Positions 12,121 to 24,100 of a DNA stretch of 64,000 nucleotides are shown here, one piece after another (the stretch's first letter is position 1; each line of letters starts with the position of its first letter). Position numbers and translations under genes: made by a program. Origin of the DNA: Macrostomum lignano (taxonomy: Eukaryota); assembly GCA_002269645.1 (NCBI GenBank), contig NIVC01000911.1, positions 248,001 through 312,000 of the forward strand, read 5' to 3'. The notes under the pieces were generated by a model. That model was not told the DNA's origin. It did not search any database and was given only the letters and a program-made list of their open reading frames with translations.

Positions 12121-15100
12121 ATGGGAGAGAGTCCTCAACATTCCCTTATGCAAAACGAAGCCGAGCTCGACAAGATATTTCATGTGTTAGATGAAGATGA
12201 TGCCGGATACATTACAGTAGAAAAATTTACTGAAGCGTTGAACTCCTTCATTCCAAACGAGATTGCAAAAAGTGTGAGTATTTTATTTTTAGGAGCCATC
12301 TAAAAATACTGTGGTCAAAAACATTTGTATCAAGTCTATCAACTAGGCCTAGTAGCATTAGCAAAAAACATTGCATCAAAAATGATTATATAAAGCCATG
12401 TGATAAAGATCTATTTATGAAAATTGACAAATGAAGGTTTAAGTCAGGGGGGGCTAGTAACATATTTAAAACTAACAAGTGGCTTAAAGCATTAGAAAGT
12501 TGTTTTGTCATTTTCTTTTGTATCCCATAGGCTTAGTCAAGAAGTTGTGCCTGCCCCATGTGCACTGGAATAAATTTCTTCTGTTTCTTCCTTATCCACA
12601 ATAGAAATAGATAAAGCAATTTTTCCTTATGCTATATACTAGCTTTTAGCCTGGGGTTGTTATATCCTACAAACAAAGTTGAAAAAGTCGTTTATAAATG
12701 TGAAATTAGAGGAGTCTTTCATTTTTAATAAACTTAATAATTTTCATAAAAGTTACACCTACAATAATTTCCAAAAATGCAAAGAATTATCTATTACAAA
12801 AATCAACAAAATTCTCATATATATTAATCAAAAGAATCCAAGCCATGTGCCAACTATGTTATATTGTAGACCCTAATTTCACCTTTTGTGCTAAATGCAC
12901 TAAAATATGCCAAAGATAGGTCTATTTATGCTAGAAAATTCATTGAAATCTCCCATCTTTCTAACTATGATTTATATTCTATTCCATCTACTAATCATGT
13001 TTTTTTAAATAAATTTTAATGAATAATGAGCTGTTGCTAAATATATAAATATTGAAATAAACAGAACCTAATAGAAAAATATTTAAGATACTTAAAACAA
13101 CTTACAGGACATTATATATTTATAATGTGTAAATAAAGTGTAAATTGTACTTATAACTGCTGGTTTCCTAACATAAAAAAGCCTATAATTTAGAAAAAAT
13201 AATAAGACATTATAGTATTTAATCATACTACTATATTCTTAGATATGCCAGGGTAGATATTTAATAATGTAGATAGCTATGTAATCAAACTACTTTATAA
13301 AAGTTTTAAAAACTTTAATACTTTTAGAATACTTATCTCTTTGATACTAAAAAGTTACATCAGACTTAAATAATGTCAATATGTATCCCAAATTGATATT
13401 GAATATTTTATCTAATATATTTTTTATTGTCAATAAAAAGCCAATCATTTTTTTTTATCTTTTTTAGAAGCTGAGCTCTCTATTAGATCACTTGGACCCT
13501 CAAAGTGATGGCAAAATTTATTTAAATGACTTCAAGAAAGCCATTTCAAGGCTTCAGGTTTTGTCAGGTAAGCTTATTCCTTATTATAACCATGTACGAT
13601 TTAGCACTTCTAAAATGTCATTGGCACTTCTAGTGTATCATTAGCACTCATAAAAGCACTCACTATCAAAAAGTACTTCGACCTTTGGAAGTATCCTTTG
13701 TACTTTGTATTTGAAATTTCCTCAATTCCTCATCAATAACCGATTCCAGAAGACTCCCTTCGTGGCAGCCACACCAGCAATGGCAGCTTCGGTCAAGACG
13801 CGCTGACGCCCACAGCTGAGGAAGACCAAGACACTGCTGATGGCAGTTTTGCTGTGTCGGTGAGTGCAATGAGCGCAAGCTGCGATTATAATTTTGTGCA
13901 TCCGATTGTGATTGATTCGAACTCACAACCTCATTCAGGCTGCAGCTGCCGTGAATGAATTGGATGGTGCAATTCTTGGACACGATTCAACAGATGATGC
14001 CAGGCTTGTTGTTAACGACGGGTCGCAGTGAGTTTGAGTTAAAATTCTCAAGGATCGGGTAGATGCTTTGTTGTCCTGCAGTTCTAGTAAGGGTTGGGTA
14101 GATTGTTTGTTGTCCTGCAGTTTTAGTAGGGGTTGGGTAGGTTGTTTGTTGTCCTGCAGTTTTAGTAGGGATTGGGTAGGTTGTTTGTTGTCCTGCAGTT
14201 TTAGTAGGGGTTGGGTAGGTTGTTTGTTGTCCTGCAGTTCTAGTAGGGGTTGGGTAGGTTGTTTGTTGTCCTGCAGTTTTAGTAGGGGTTGGGTAGGTTG
14301 TTTGTTATCCTGCAGTTCTAGTAAGGGTTGGGTAGATTGTTTGTTGTCCTGCAGTTCTAGTAGGGGTTGGGTAGATTGTTTGTTGTCCTGCAGTTCTAGT
14401 AGGGGTTGGGTAGATTGTTTGTTGTCCTGCAGTTCTAGTAGGGATTGGGTAGATTGTTTGTTGTCCTGCAGTTCTAGTAGGGGTTGGATAGATTGTTTGT
14501 TGTCCTGCAGTTCTAGTAGGGGTTGGGTAGATTTTTGTCCTGCAGTTCTAGTAGGGGTTGGGTAGATTGTTTGTTGTCCTGCAGTTCTAGTAGGGGTTGG
14601 GTAGATTGCTTGTTGTCCTGCAGTTCTAGTAGGGGTTGGGTAGATTGTTTGTTGTCCTGCAGTTCTAGTAGGGATTGGGTAGGTTGTTTGTTGTCCTGCA
14701 GTTCTAGTAGGGATTGGGTAGGTTGTTTGTTGTCCTGCAGTTCTAGTAGGGATTGGGTAGGTTGTTTGTTGTCCTGCAGTTTTAGTAGGGATTGGGTAGG
14801 TTGTTTGTTGTCCTGCAGTTCTAGTAGGGGTTGGGTAGATTGTTTGTTGTCCTGCAGTTCTAGTAGGGGTTGGGTAGATTGTTTGTTGTCCTGCAGTTCT
14901 AGTAGGAGTTGGGTAGATTGTTTGTTGTCCTGCAGTTCTAGTAGGGATTGGGTAGGTTGTTTGTTGTCCTGCAGTTCTAGTAGGGATCGGGTAGGTTGTT
15001 TGTTGTCCTGCAGTTCTAGTAGGGATTGGGTATTGGGTAGATTGTCTTCCTTAGATTATAGATTTTTTCGATGGATTGTTCTAACTTCGGAGTGAACATA

Positions 15101-18100
15101 TTTTTGTTTTAAAGTTTGTGCTAATGGAGGCCAATATCGCAGTTTTAAGAAACGTTTTCTTTAATAGAAAATATTGTAAAACTGTTTTGTCAACGCTTTT
15201 TTTACAAAGTCAATGTTTTTGTTTTAAATGAATCGTAGAAACTTTTTTCGCATTTTTATTTCAGTTTAATTTTATTTTTCTGTGATTAGTGAGCAATTGT
15301 AAAAATAGTTGTATAAATTTTATACTTACAAATGATATAATTTAAGCTTACGCAACAACAGTGCTTAGTTAGTTCAATTAGAAGGCTTTCAGTGCCATCG
15401 AGTGCCAAACGAACTGAAATGAATGCCCGGTAACTTTAGTAATTATGTACTCCTTAGCTGTTGTGCATTTTGTGTCTACTGCAGGGTGAAGCCCCTATGG
15501 TGTGTAGTGGTGGATATGTAATACGAGACCTCCAGCTTGACTTGTAGTGTACATAACACACGAATATACACAGCATATATGCGATCGAGACCAATTTTGT
15601 AATTGAACTTATTTTTAGCAGGGACGAAGCCTGTGGCAGCAGTAGTTCGAGTGCAAGCAATACGGGCAGATTTCGCAGGCAGTTGCTATCAATGCCAGCT
15701 TCGCCCTATTATTGTTTAACTGCGCCATTGACTAAGTGCGTAAGATTATAATTGAGCTCTCGGTGCTTGTTTGTCTGCGGCGGGCATGCTCATCTTTACT
15801 TATTTATTTTTTCTAAGCATCGACGGGACTAAATTTAATTTGGCCTTGATTATCGGCACTCTTAGTCCTACTAGCGAGAGGCAACGTAATTGACTAATTA
15901 AGATAAGACCGCCAAATATTGGGTTTAGATAAGATTTTACATGCACAAGTATAACTGTAGTCTTCCAACCTGCTCTAAAGGGGTTAATTAAGGTCAATGG
16001 GACTGGAAGTATTTTCCGTCTAAGGCAAGATAACAAATTGCTCTATTGTAAATGTTTATCAAATGTTTTCTTGTTCCACTTCATTTGAAGAAAACCCTAT
16101 TGAATTAAAGGCCTATTAGAAATCGGTATTTTGCAAATTTGTACGGCCCCACGAACTATAATTACTATGAGATTAACACCGGGGCACTTATTTTATTTAT
16201 TACTTAACTTTGCTTCGGTTGAAAATATAACTAACTGCACAGCTTCACAACTTCACGCCTTCCAACAGCCTCCCTCAAGCCCACCCTATTTCACACCCTC
16301 CCTAAACCCAACACATTTCACAGCCTCCCTCAACCCCACCACATTTCACAGCCTCCCTCAACCCCACCACATTTCACAGCCTCCCTCAACCCTACCCCAT
16401 TTCACAGCCTCCCTCAACCCCACCACATTTCACAGCCTCCCTCAACCCCACCACATTTCACAGCCTCCCTCAACCCCACCACATTTCACAGCCTCCCTCA
16501 ACCCCACCACATTTCACAGCCTCCCTCAACCCTACCCCATTTCACAGACTCTCTAAAGACCACCCCATTTCAGACCCTCCGTCAACCCATCCCATTTCAC
16601 ACCCTCCCTCAACCCACCCCATTTCACACCCTCCCTCAACCCACCCCATTTCACAGCCTCCGCCAAATCTTCAACGAAACTTTCACCAACAATCTGCTAA
16701 TTTAATTTTGGCACGGGACTGGATGTTTTCAAATTCTATTGCAGCGAGGGCTCAACTCTATTTCAACGCGACAAAAAGCGCCGGCCAATTTGGAGTTTAG
16801 TGGATCGGTAATTGCAGAGAGTAGCGTCGCCTACAGTTTGTTGTTTTGTCATTTAAATTTTGTTTTTTATTTTGAAATTTTTGTTAAAAGAAAGAACTGA
16901 CAAAAACAGATATAGTTGCTTTTCATAGCGCTTTGCTTGGCTTTAAATCTCTTTTAAGCTGTACTTTGTAAGAATGGTAAATTTGATTATATTTGTTATG
17001 TTATGTTATTATAGTGTTATAGTTTACGAACAACTAAAGAAAGAGGTTTCGAACTTGTGAAAGCCGACTAATCTACGTAAACCCTGACAAACATCTAGTA
17101 ATGTTGAGAATAGGAATAGGTAGATCTAGACATTTGAGCACGTCCAGAGAGTTAAGACCCAAACGAAAAAAACTTTTTAACCAGGTCTTCAAGTGAACTT
17201 GTTTTTTTCATGTTTCCAAAATTGTTATTTGTTTTATTTTGAATTACTACTAATCCTCGATTAAGTTTCGAAGTGTTACATTGTTTGTCATTACGCAATA
17301 TGTGCCATAAATTACGTATTGTGGCTTCACCACACTTAAGGTGCAAATATTTTTTATTCAGCATGACACTGCTGGTCAAACTTAAAAAAATTATTGCATT
17401 TTTGCTTTAGGTATTTTTTCTCCGCTTGCACGATAGCAATCGGGTATTGCTTGAAGTGGGAGAAAGTTCTACATGTGATTGTAGACGGGTCACTTTATTC
17501 ACTGTGACTCTCTTCGATTCTGGATTCCCCTTCAATACGGGATTCCCCTTTGGTAAGGGGTTCCTCTTCAATAAGGGATTCCCCTTCGATTCTGGATTGC
17601 CCTTCTATACGGGCTTCCCATTCGATTCTAGATTTCCTTTCAATAAGGAATTCCCCTTCGATGCGGGATTCCCCTTCGATACGGGATTCCCCTTCGATAC
17701 GGGATTCCCCTTCTATACGAGATTCCTCTTCGATTTTGGATTCCCCTTCAAGAAGGATTGAAGGAATTCCCATTCGATTCTGGATTTCCCCTCGATGAGG
17801 AATTCCCCTACAATACGAGATTTTCCTTCGATAAAGAATTCCCCTTCTATATGGGATTCCCCTTCGATACGCAATTCCCTTTACCTTGAAGTTGTCTGAA
17901 CGTTTTGCAATACTGCCAAACTTGACTAAATCTGTACGTCTAATTGAGCATAGCTTGGGATTGCCTGTTGCCATGGTCACTACCCGGTTGCTATGCAACT
18001 GATGCACGGTGTTTGGCATGCTGGGGTTTCTTAATCCTGCGGGGAGGATTACCAGCTAGTGACGTTATAAAGTCTCACTCATTTCGCAGCTGGCAATCCT

Positions 18101-21100
18101 TGGCTAGCAACAGTCGCCCTGGCGAAGAATCCTACGAAGACTGGGGCTCCGTGGAGCTCGGGCCCAATTGCCTGGTTGACGGCAGCGGCAGCAGCCCCGG
18201 CGAATCGGACGGCGCAACCGGATTGGCTGAGAAGCCGCCACTGCCTCCCGATACTCAGTGAGTTTTATATATACAAATAAATATTGCTACTTGCACTATT
18301 TTTGCTACTGAAAGTAGGCAAGTAAAGCTTATTAAGTTCGATTTTATTCAGGTAGCTCTAAAACAATGGTGATTTCAGAAGGATGGAAATTCACCTTGTT
18401 TTTTAGAAAATATAAAACCGAGATCAATGATCGCGTTTCAGTATGGTTATAAAACAAAAAATGAAGCAGCACAGAAAGTAGTCTTTAATTTTAAAATATT
18501 GTTTAATACAATATTTGTCTACTTATAGTACTTATAGTAGGCAAGCATCGCATATTGTGCGCTTATTTTATTAACTTATTATTTTCTGTACACCATTTTG
18601 TCTACTAATAGTAGGCAAGTTCCGCATATAGTATTGCTATTGTATATATAATCTTAAGTTACTAAAGCACGAAATCTTTTCTCTTGCAGACTTGAGCGCG
18701 GTACAGAAGTGCGCGGCACTTGGCCCAGGCATCGACCCAGGTAAATTTAAAAAAAATCATCTGTTTAGTAATTATACTATTAAATATCGATTTTAATCAG
18801 CGATTTCATACGATTTTTGCTTGCTAAATTTCGACCAATGTCAATTTGCATGTTTCTCCATTACTATACTTAATTTATAATCTGTAAATAATTATAATAA
18901 TCTACTAAAGGCCGGACAATATAAAGTTGAATGTCCCGTCACGGAGTCCATCTTTGAGGTCGCCGCATCCTTCGAATTCTAGACGATCGTAAGAGCCTAT
19001 GGCAAAATCGATATTTTTATTTGCCTTATATTTTAAGGAAGCTATTTATGTTTTTTTATTAGAGGTTTAATCTAACTTTAATAACTTTTCTTCTTTTTCA
19101 ACAACCTATCTAGACACTGCTTTTGTTCCTTTTGACTAATAATTGTTAAAAGACCTTTAATAGCTTTTGTTTGCTCTCTTTTGTGGGGTACGTGTGGTAG
19201 CTTGCCTGTGGTTCGATCCCTAATAGATTGCGGTTTTGGGATTTCCTTAATAAGTGTGTCTTATTGTCAAACTAATCGTTATGCTATAAATATTACTAAT
19301 ATTATTTATTCGCTTGCTAATTAAGTTTTCCGTTTTGATTTGCAAAAATTGTAAAATTAATCAACATAATTTTTTTTCTTTTATTGTAAATAAATGTAAA
19401 TAATTCTACGAAGAGTGAGACACGGAGTTTAGACAGATAGATAGAAAGGGATAGAAGAGAGGAGGAAGAGAAGAGATCGTTGAGAAGAGGGGAGGGAGAG
19501 AAGAGATCGGAGAGAAGAGATCGTTGAGAAGAGGGGAGGGAGAGAAGAGATCGGAGAGAAGAGATCCGAGAGAAGAGGGGAGGGAGAGAAGAGATTGGAG
19601 AGAAGAGATCGGAGAGAAGAGGGGAGGGAGAGAAGAGATCGGAGAGAAGAGGGGAGGGATCGGAGAGAAGAGGGGAGGGAGAGAAGAGGGGAGGGAGAGA
19701 AGAGATCGGAGAGAAGAGGGGAGGGAGAGAAGAGATTGGAGAGAAGAGGGGAGAGAAGAGTGGAAATAGAAGAGAGGAATGAGATATGATTATTGTTGCT
19801 TAGTAAAGCTTGAAATTCAAAATAGCAATAATACACTAATAATTGTAGCTATTAGAACATAGAGTGCTTAAACTTCATTTAGATGAGATATATTTTTGTT
19901 GCAGTTTTTAAGTTGGATTGCAGTTTTAACGAGTATCAATAATTGCGTTCTTCGTTCCTCTGTAGCTATTACAGTGCCACTAGCCTCACTGTGAATGAGT
20001 CAGCAAACCTTTTTCGCCACATTTCCTTTCCCTTGACCAATGCACTACGGGGTATTCGCACTGTACATTTATTTCTTTCCCAAGTGAATATGCTATTATT
20101 GGTTCGCGCTAAAAGCAACAACCACGCCCTTGAGAACCTACTATATTGACTGGGCGAATGCAGTGAGACAGGATGGGATTAATCCTGCCTTAGTAGGACC
20201 TGTGTAGTTTAAGTATTATAGCATATCAATGTCAAAATAGCAATTAGACAAGTGATTGATGATTAAACTGTCTAGCTAATTATCTATATATCTAATCTTC
20301 ATATAAATATGGCTCCACGGAATCAGGTGTAAGTGAATTTATTGTTTGTCTCCTATTTTAACAAATTTATGAAACTTTGCAGAAAAAGGAACGAAAACTA
20401 TAGGTGAACAAGTAATGGAATTTTAATAAACCCATTAATTGATTTACTAAATTAGAGAAGAGAGAAGAAAGAGAAGAGGGGAGGGAGAGAAGACGGGAGG
20501 GAGAGAAGAGAGGAGAGAGAGAAGAGAAGAGGGTGAGAAGAGAAGAGGGAGATAAGAGAGGAGGGAGAGAAGAGAGGAAGGAGAGAAGAGGGGAGTGAGA
20601 GAAGAGGGGAAGGTGAGAAGAGAAGAGGGTGAGAAGAGAGGAGGGAGAGAAGAGGGGAAGGTGAGAAGAGAAGAGGGTGAGAAGAGAGGAGGGAGAGAAG
20701 AGAGGAGGGAGAGAAGAGAGGAAGGTGAGAAGAGAGGAGGGAGAGAATAGAAGAGGGAGAGAATAGAAGAGGGAGAGAAGAGAAGAGGGTGAGAAGAGAA
20801 GAGGGTGAGAAGAGAGGAGGGAGAGAATAGAAGAGGGAGAGAAGAGAAGAGGGTGAGAAGAGAGGAGGGAGAGAAGAGGGGAGTGAGAGAAGAGGGGAAG
20901 GTGAGAAGAGAAGAGGGTGAGAAGAGAAGAGGGAGAGAAGAGAGGAGGGAGAGAAGAGAGGAAGGAGAGAAGAGGGGAGTGAGAGAAGAGGGGAAGGTGA
21001 GAAGAGAAGAGGGTGAGAAGAGAGGAGGGAGAGAAGAGGGGAAGGTGAGAAGAGAGGAGGGAGAGAATAGAAGAGGGTGAGAAGAGAGGAGGGAGAGAAT

Positions 21101-24100
21101 AGAAGAGGGAGAGAAGAGAAGAGGGAGAGAAGAGAAGAGGGAGAGAAGAGGGGAGTGAGAGAAGAGGGGAGTGAGAGAAGAGGGGAAGGTGAGAAGAGAA
21201 GAGGGTGAGAAGAGAGGAGGGAGAGAATAGAAGAGGGAGAGAAGAGGGGAGGGAGAGAAGAGAAGAGGGTTTACATTCGAAACAGTACTAATTATAGATT
21301 CATAATCATAAGTAAAAAACTTTAAAAAAGTAATCAAACATAATAACTAAGTAAAAATATTATGAAATTATTTTTGTAAACCCTCATAGTCGGCCGCGTC
21401 AGTTAGTCTCGCCATTGTCCTACTATGGGTATTGAACTATAATTTTCTTAAATTTGTATTGTGTCGTTAAATAAATTAGATTAGTCGGATTTTATCACAA
21501 CCAGATAAATATTTCTACGTTTTATTATAATTGCCAATTTTTCTTCAACAAGTTGCCTCTCATGTCCTGAAAATTTTACTTTCAGTTCTCGCAGCGGTGC
21601 TTTGCTATTGAATGGGTAAGAAAGACTTGTTTTCCAAATAGCCACCTGTCACTACTTGAGGAGTCCCTGATAACCAACAGTAGGGACTGCAGCCAAATTG
21701 CTTACTAAATAATCCCTATCAGATACCAGTGTATATTTTTATTCTAACATATTTATTTGAGTCGGTTTGTATATATATATATAAATTATTATTTAATTAT
21801 TATTGGCAATTATTAGCTTCCTTTAGTTAACGATGCATGGTTCAGTAGAGTTGTTGGCTGTGTTGTTTATTTTCGGTTTTAGTTTCAGCTATAAGGTAGA
21901 AGTATACCTTAACCTAATTTTCAAATAGCTCCATGCATGAACCCACCCTTCTACTTGTCAGTAGAGCAGTTAGGGTTAGTTGTCGCAATCGATGCATTTT
22001 CATTTTGGCTGGCCCAATAAATGCATATAATATTCTATTCAATACGTTCTTAACGCAATAAAAATATTTAGAAACTAAAACGGTTTTTACCTTCACAAAC
22101 TCCCACACACACACACAAGAAGTGTATTCCGCACACATCATCTACTATTAAGTATAGCCATTTGAAATTAATATTAAAAAGTTGAAAATAACTAACACAA
22201 TCCCAAAATTTCTAACTTCTGTGTAAATCGTAGTCTTTTTTTGTCATTTTAAGCGTGTGCAGATCGCTTAACCAACGTACCTCGTACGAAAATCAAAGTT
22301 ATTATTAAGTTTAGCGTTGTCTTAGCACTGCAAGTAAATATCACAAACCCGAAATATCACAAACCCGAAATATCACAAACCCGAAATATCACAAACCCGA
22401 AATATCACAAACCCGAAATATCACAAACCCGAAATATCACAAACCCGAAATATCACAAACCCGAAATATCACAAACCCGAAATATCACAAACCCGAAATA
22501 TCACAAATCCGAAATATCACAAACCCAAAATAAACCCAAACCCAAAATATCACAAAGCCGAAATATCACAAACCCGAAATATCACAAACCCGAAATATCA
22601 CAAACCCGAAATATCACAAACCCAAAATATCACCAACCCGAAATATCATAAACCCGAAATATCACAAACCCGGAATATCACAAACCCGGAATATCACAAA
22701 CCCGAAATATCACAAACCCGAAATATCACAAACCCGAAATATCATAAACCCGAAATATCATAAACCCGAAATATCATAAACCCGAAATATCATAAACACG
22801 AAATATCATAAACCCGAAATATCACAAACCCGAAATATCACAAACCCGAAATATCATAAACCCGAAATATCACAAACCCGAAATATCACAAACCTCAAAT
22901 ATCACAAGTCTGAAATATCACAAACCCGAAATATCACAAGTCCGAAAACTAAAATAGCAACGCCCTTTGCTAGCACCTGTGCTGTAATGATATTTCTGAT
23001 GCCCCCCTCGCGGCTCCGTTGGTTGGCCAATGAATGTACATCTGTAACGCGTACATATAAATGTACATTCGCGGGTTCGCAGGGTGGTGGAGGGTGAAAG
23101 ATTTAGCCAGGACGGACGGTTGGGAATTTCGGAATGGAATGAAATTTCGGCGGAAAAGGTCGAGTTTTTTATGTACACTCGCTCCACTCTCCGTACGTTA
23201 CTTAGTACAGCGACAACAAGGTGTTGGCTGTTGTCCTTTACCATGAAAAATACCCTGAAACTACTCTGCCTCTCCTGCTCAGACTGCACCCTTTAACCCA
23301 TGGACTGGGCTGGACTAATGTGGTCTATATAGTGTACAAAACAAACTAATGAAAAGAAGACTGACTAGAGAAACTGCATGTTGCAATTGTAGGCAACAGA
23401 GAATACTGTGTGTCTTAGTTCTACCAATTTTTGCACCTGCGCATATATAGACAGTGCAAAATATTCAATGTATTATTGTATTTCAATCGTTTTTTGCGTT
23501 CTGTTTTTTTCATCATTATTAAAAAATAATTTGCGCGTTACCTGTTGGTTAAATTTCAAGCGACCAAGAGCCGAGAGTAATTATAATCTTTTTTTACAAT
23601 TAACCTGACCTGATTTGACATCATTCGCCGGCCCTCATTTCTCAGCATTCATCGACCGCCGTCTGCTACACAGCTGGCCCAGCAGTTGTACAGCACGTCG
23701 AGCGGTCGGTCGAGTCCGAGAACCTCCGGTGATGGTATGTTCTACGACGAGGTCGACTACCCAGACCCTGGCATATACACCGATGCTATGAACGACCAGT
23801 TCAAGATATTGAATGAGCGGGTGAGCTTTCCAACCTTTCTAATTGCCCTCTGATTCCCCTGTGAATTGCCCTCTGATTCCTGTGAATTGCTCCTCTGATT
23901 CCCCTGTGAATTGCCCTCTGATTCCCCTGTGAATTGCTCCTCTGATTCCCCTGTGAATTGCTCCTCTGATTCCCCTGTGAATTGCTCCTTGATTTCTCTG
24001 TGAATTGCCTTCTGTTTCCCCTTTGAATTGGCCACTGATTCCCTGTGAATTGGTCACTGATTCCCCTGTGAATTGCCCTCTGATTCCCCTGTGAATTGCC

